Part shown: positions 62,701 to 64,000 of the stretch, piece by piece | Layout: the number at the start of each line of letters is the position of its first letter | Numbering within the stretch: the first letter of the stretch is position 1 | Assembly: GCA_043228905.1 (NCBI GenBank) | Contig: JBHGNT010000012.1 | Location: 7,750,001-7,814,000, forward strand | Length of the DNA: 64,000 bases | Origin: Azolla caroliniana | Taxonomy: Eukaryota > Plantae > Polypodiophyta | Direction of reading: 5' to 3' | Position numbers and translations under genes: made by a program | The notes under the pieces: generated by a model | What the model saw: only the letters and a program-made list of their open reading frames with translations | Database searches by the model: none | Told to the model about the DNA's origin: nothing

Positions 62701-63331
62701 ATGTGTATAGGCCTAATTATAAAGGCCAAAAGTCACTTTTCACATACTCTTTATTTTTGGGCCAAGTTCAATGTGAACTTGGCCAACCCTAAATGGGTCA
62801 TATAAAACATAGGTTTAGAACTTTTGGATGTCACTTCAAAGGTGGGCTCCTCCAACTGCTATTCCTCTATCTTTTCAGCCATTTCTCTACAGTTGCACCG
62901 AAAGTGCCCATAATTGGGTGACTCTTGAGTGTTCCTCAAGCCTATTGACATCATTTCTGACCCTTTCATTGAATACTATCTATACATGGAATGTGGTGAA
63001 CAGTAATGAAATTCATGGAATGACAACTAAAAAGAATTGGAAATACAAGAAGGAAAAGGTGAAAATATTGTGAACCTTGGGAATCCCCACGGAAAGGGTC
63101 AACTAAATTTCGTTTTCAAACACCAATGAAGGAACAAACATTACAGAAAGAGAACTTAAATATATTGCTATAGAGCCATATTCACAAATTTTGATAGAGT
63201 AGAAACTATTTTAGAAATAATCCTCAAGTAAGAATTCTTACACCATGATTGGCCATCCTTAACATCTAGACTAACTGCATGTTTTGCATGTTTGATGCTC
63301 TCCTCAACTGCCTGAGCCTCGTCAGAAGATC
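56790..63331 (-). CDS. TTC5: Tetratricopeptide repeat protein 5 homologue, 3' exons: 63331-63242, 59036-58942, 58816-58763, 58680-58537, 57729-57681, 57572-57458, 57256-57187, 57090-57019, 56909-56790; 5' exons outside the window
   Basis: Spliced translation ESIKHAKHAVSLDVKDGQSWYTLGNAYLTSFF...NPDLYFNCAT...YLEDYERAL...DCEGNFFILSVY...IKEGDSLSLFEP...KSVRVDF matches the TTC5 TPR plus OB-fold pattern; GT-AG sites with consistent phases (the 57681 donor is least certain). Confidence 0.9.
59332..59606. mobile_element. hAT-type MITE (275 bp) in the 5' LTR of Copia C
   Basis: Absent from the 3' LTR; 8-bp TSD GTGTACAT (59324-59331, 59607-59614); termini CATAGT...ACTATG; internal CATTCG/CGAATG motifs. 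Confidence 0.88.
60874..61069. repeat. 99-bp tandem duplication before the Copia C protease
   Basis: TGCATATGATGCCTCTCTAAATGTTCATTCA...GCATTGGCC at 60874 and 60973. Confidence 0.9.
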
Positions 63332-64000
63332 CTGTCACACAAATAACAAGCCCAAGGTTGAGTATCTATTGGCTGGTTCTTACCAAAATCTTACAGAAAC
63401 ATATAATAACTCTGTTACTTCGTTTTTGTGGAACTAGACAGCATAAATTACTTGTAAATAAGAAAGTTGTTTTAATAGTGTATCTAAGGGGGTCAAACTG
63501 GCCTATGAGGCAAGAAACTGAAACTGATGAATATAATCTGGCCTAATAGTTATATGCCATACTATCCTCTATCTACTTTGGACTGCATCTACTCTAGTTT
63601 GATCTATGCTTTGCAGTTAATGTGCATATGGATGCCGCTGAGTTAAAATGCAGATCACAGTGCTTGGAATTAGGATCAATTTTATGTAATCTAAACATCC
63701 GATGACCTGTGAAATGACGTCCTGAGACTCAGCTTGATGCCAAGTGCTGTAGAATAAAATGCTAATATAGAGCATCTTTCAAGGGGGGATCTCACACAAG
63801 TCGTGTAAAGTACACAATCTGAAACAAATGGATTGGTTGGAACCATTTTCCGAGGACCTCATTAATGAGTTGCAGCATCTTCCACTTATACGAAGATTAG
63901 TAAGGTTTCATAACTATATTTTCTGGCCCATTGAGAAACAGATGCAGTTTTTGCTATTTGCCTCATGAACGGTCTGTTATCACTTGACACATTCGTATCA

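Larger units (their letters stand above)
59287..62968 (+). mobile_element. Ty1/Copia C (gag-PR-INT, RT deleted), antisense within a TTC5 intron
   Basis: LTRs 59287-59880 and 62659-62968, TTGAAT on both flanks, degenerate PBS TAGTATCAAAGC 59883-59894, PPT 62648-62658; CYQCGRKGH, LWHKRLGH, TDNGGEY; jumps to the RNase H end FHARTKLIDVQYHF at ~62447. Confidence 0.95.

Overview
Eukaryotic land-plant nuclear DNA, probably a non-seed plant such as a fern or lycophyte (inferred from a Tcn1-like chromovirus, a fungal-like Gypsy and the gene style). About half the window is nested retrotransposons. 1-20.7 kb: an apparently intact Tnt1/Tork-like Copia inserted in a decayed Copia, then a LINE split by a chromodomain Gypsy and an RT-less Copia that are fused by a microhomology deletion. 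44-51 kb: a second nest (Copia, several LTR pieces, fungal-like Gypsy pol). Five host genes: an intronless ARM-repeat gene (22.3-23.4 kb, -), a PPR-less E2/DYW deaminase gene (32.4-36.8 kb, +), glycerol kinase (39.1-41.9 kb, -), an orphan 273-aa gene resembling fungal/protist Crinkler-type restriction-endonuclease-fold proteins (53.1-53.9 kb, -; candidate HGT), and the 3' part of TTC5 (56.8->63.3 kb, -) with an RT-less Copia in an intron. Most notable: the candidate HGT nuclease-fold gene, the stand-alone DYW protein, a Tf1-style self-priming stem whose loop is replaced by an inverted integrase fragment, and tRNA-derived sequence in three unrelated LTRs. All family assignments come from reading motifs by eye; no searches were run and splice models are predictions.
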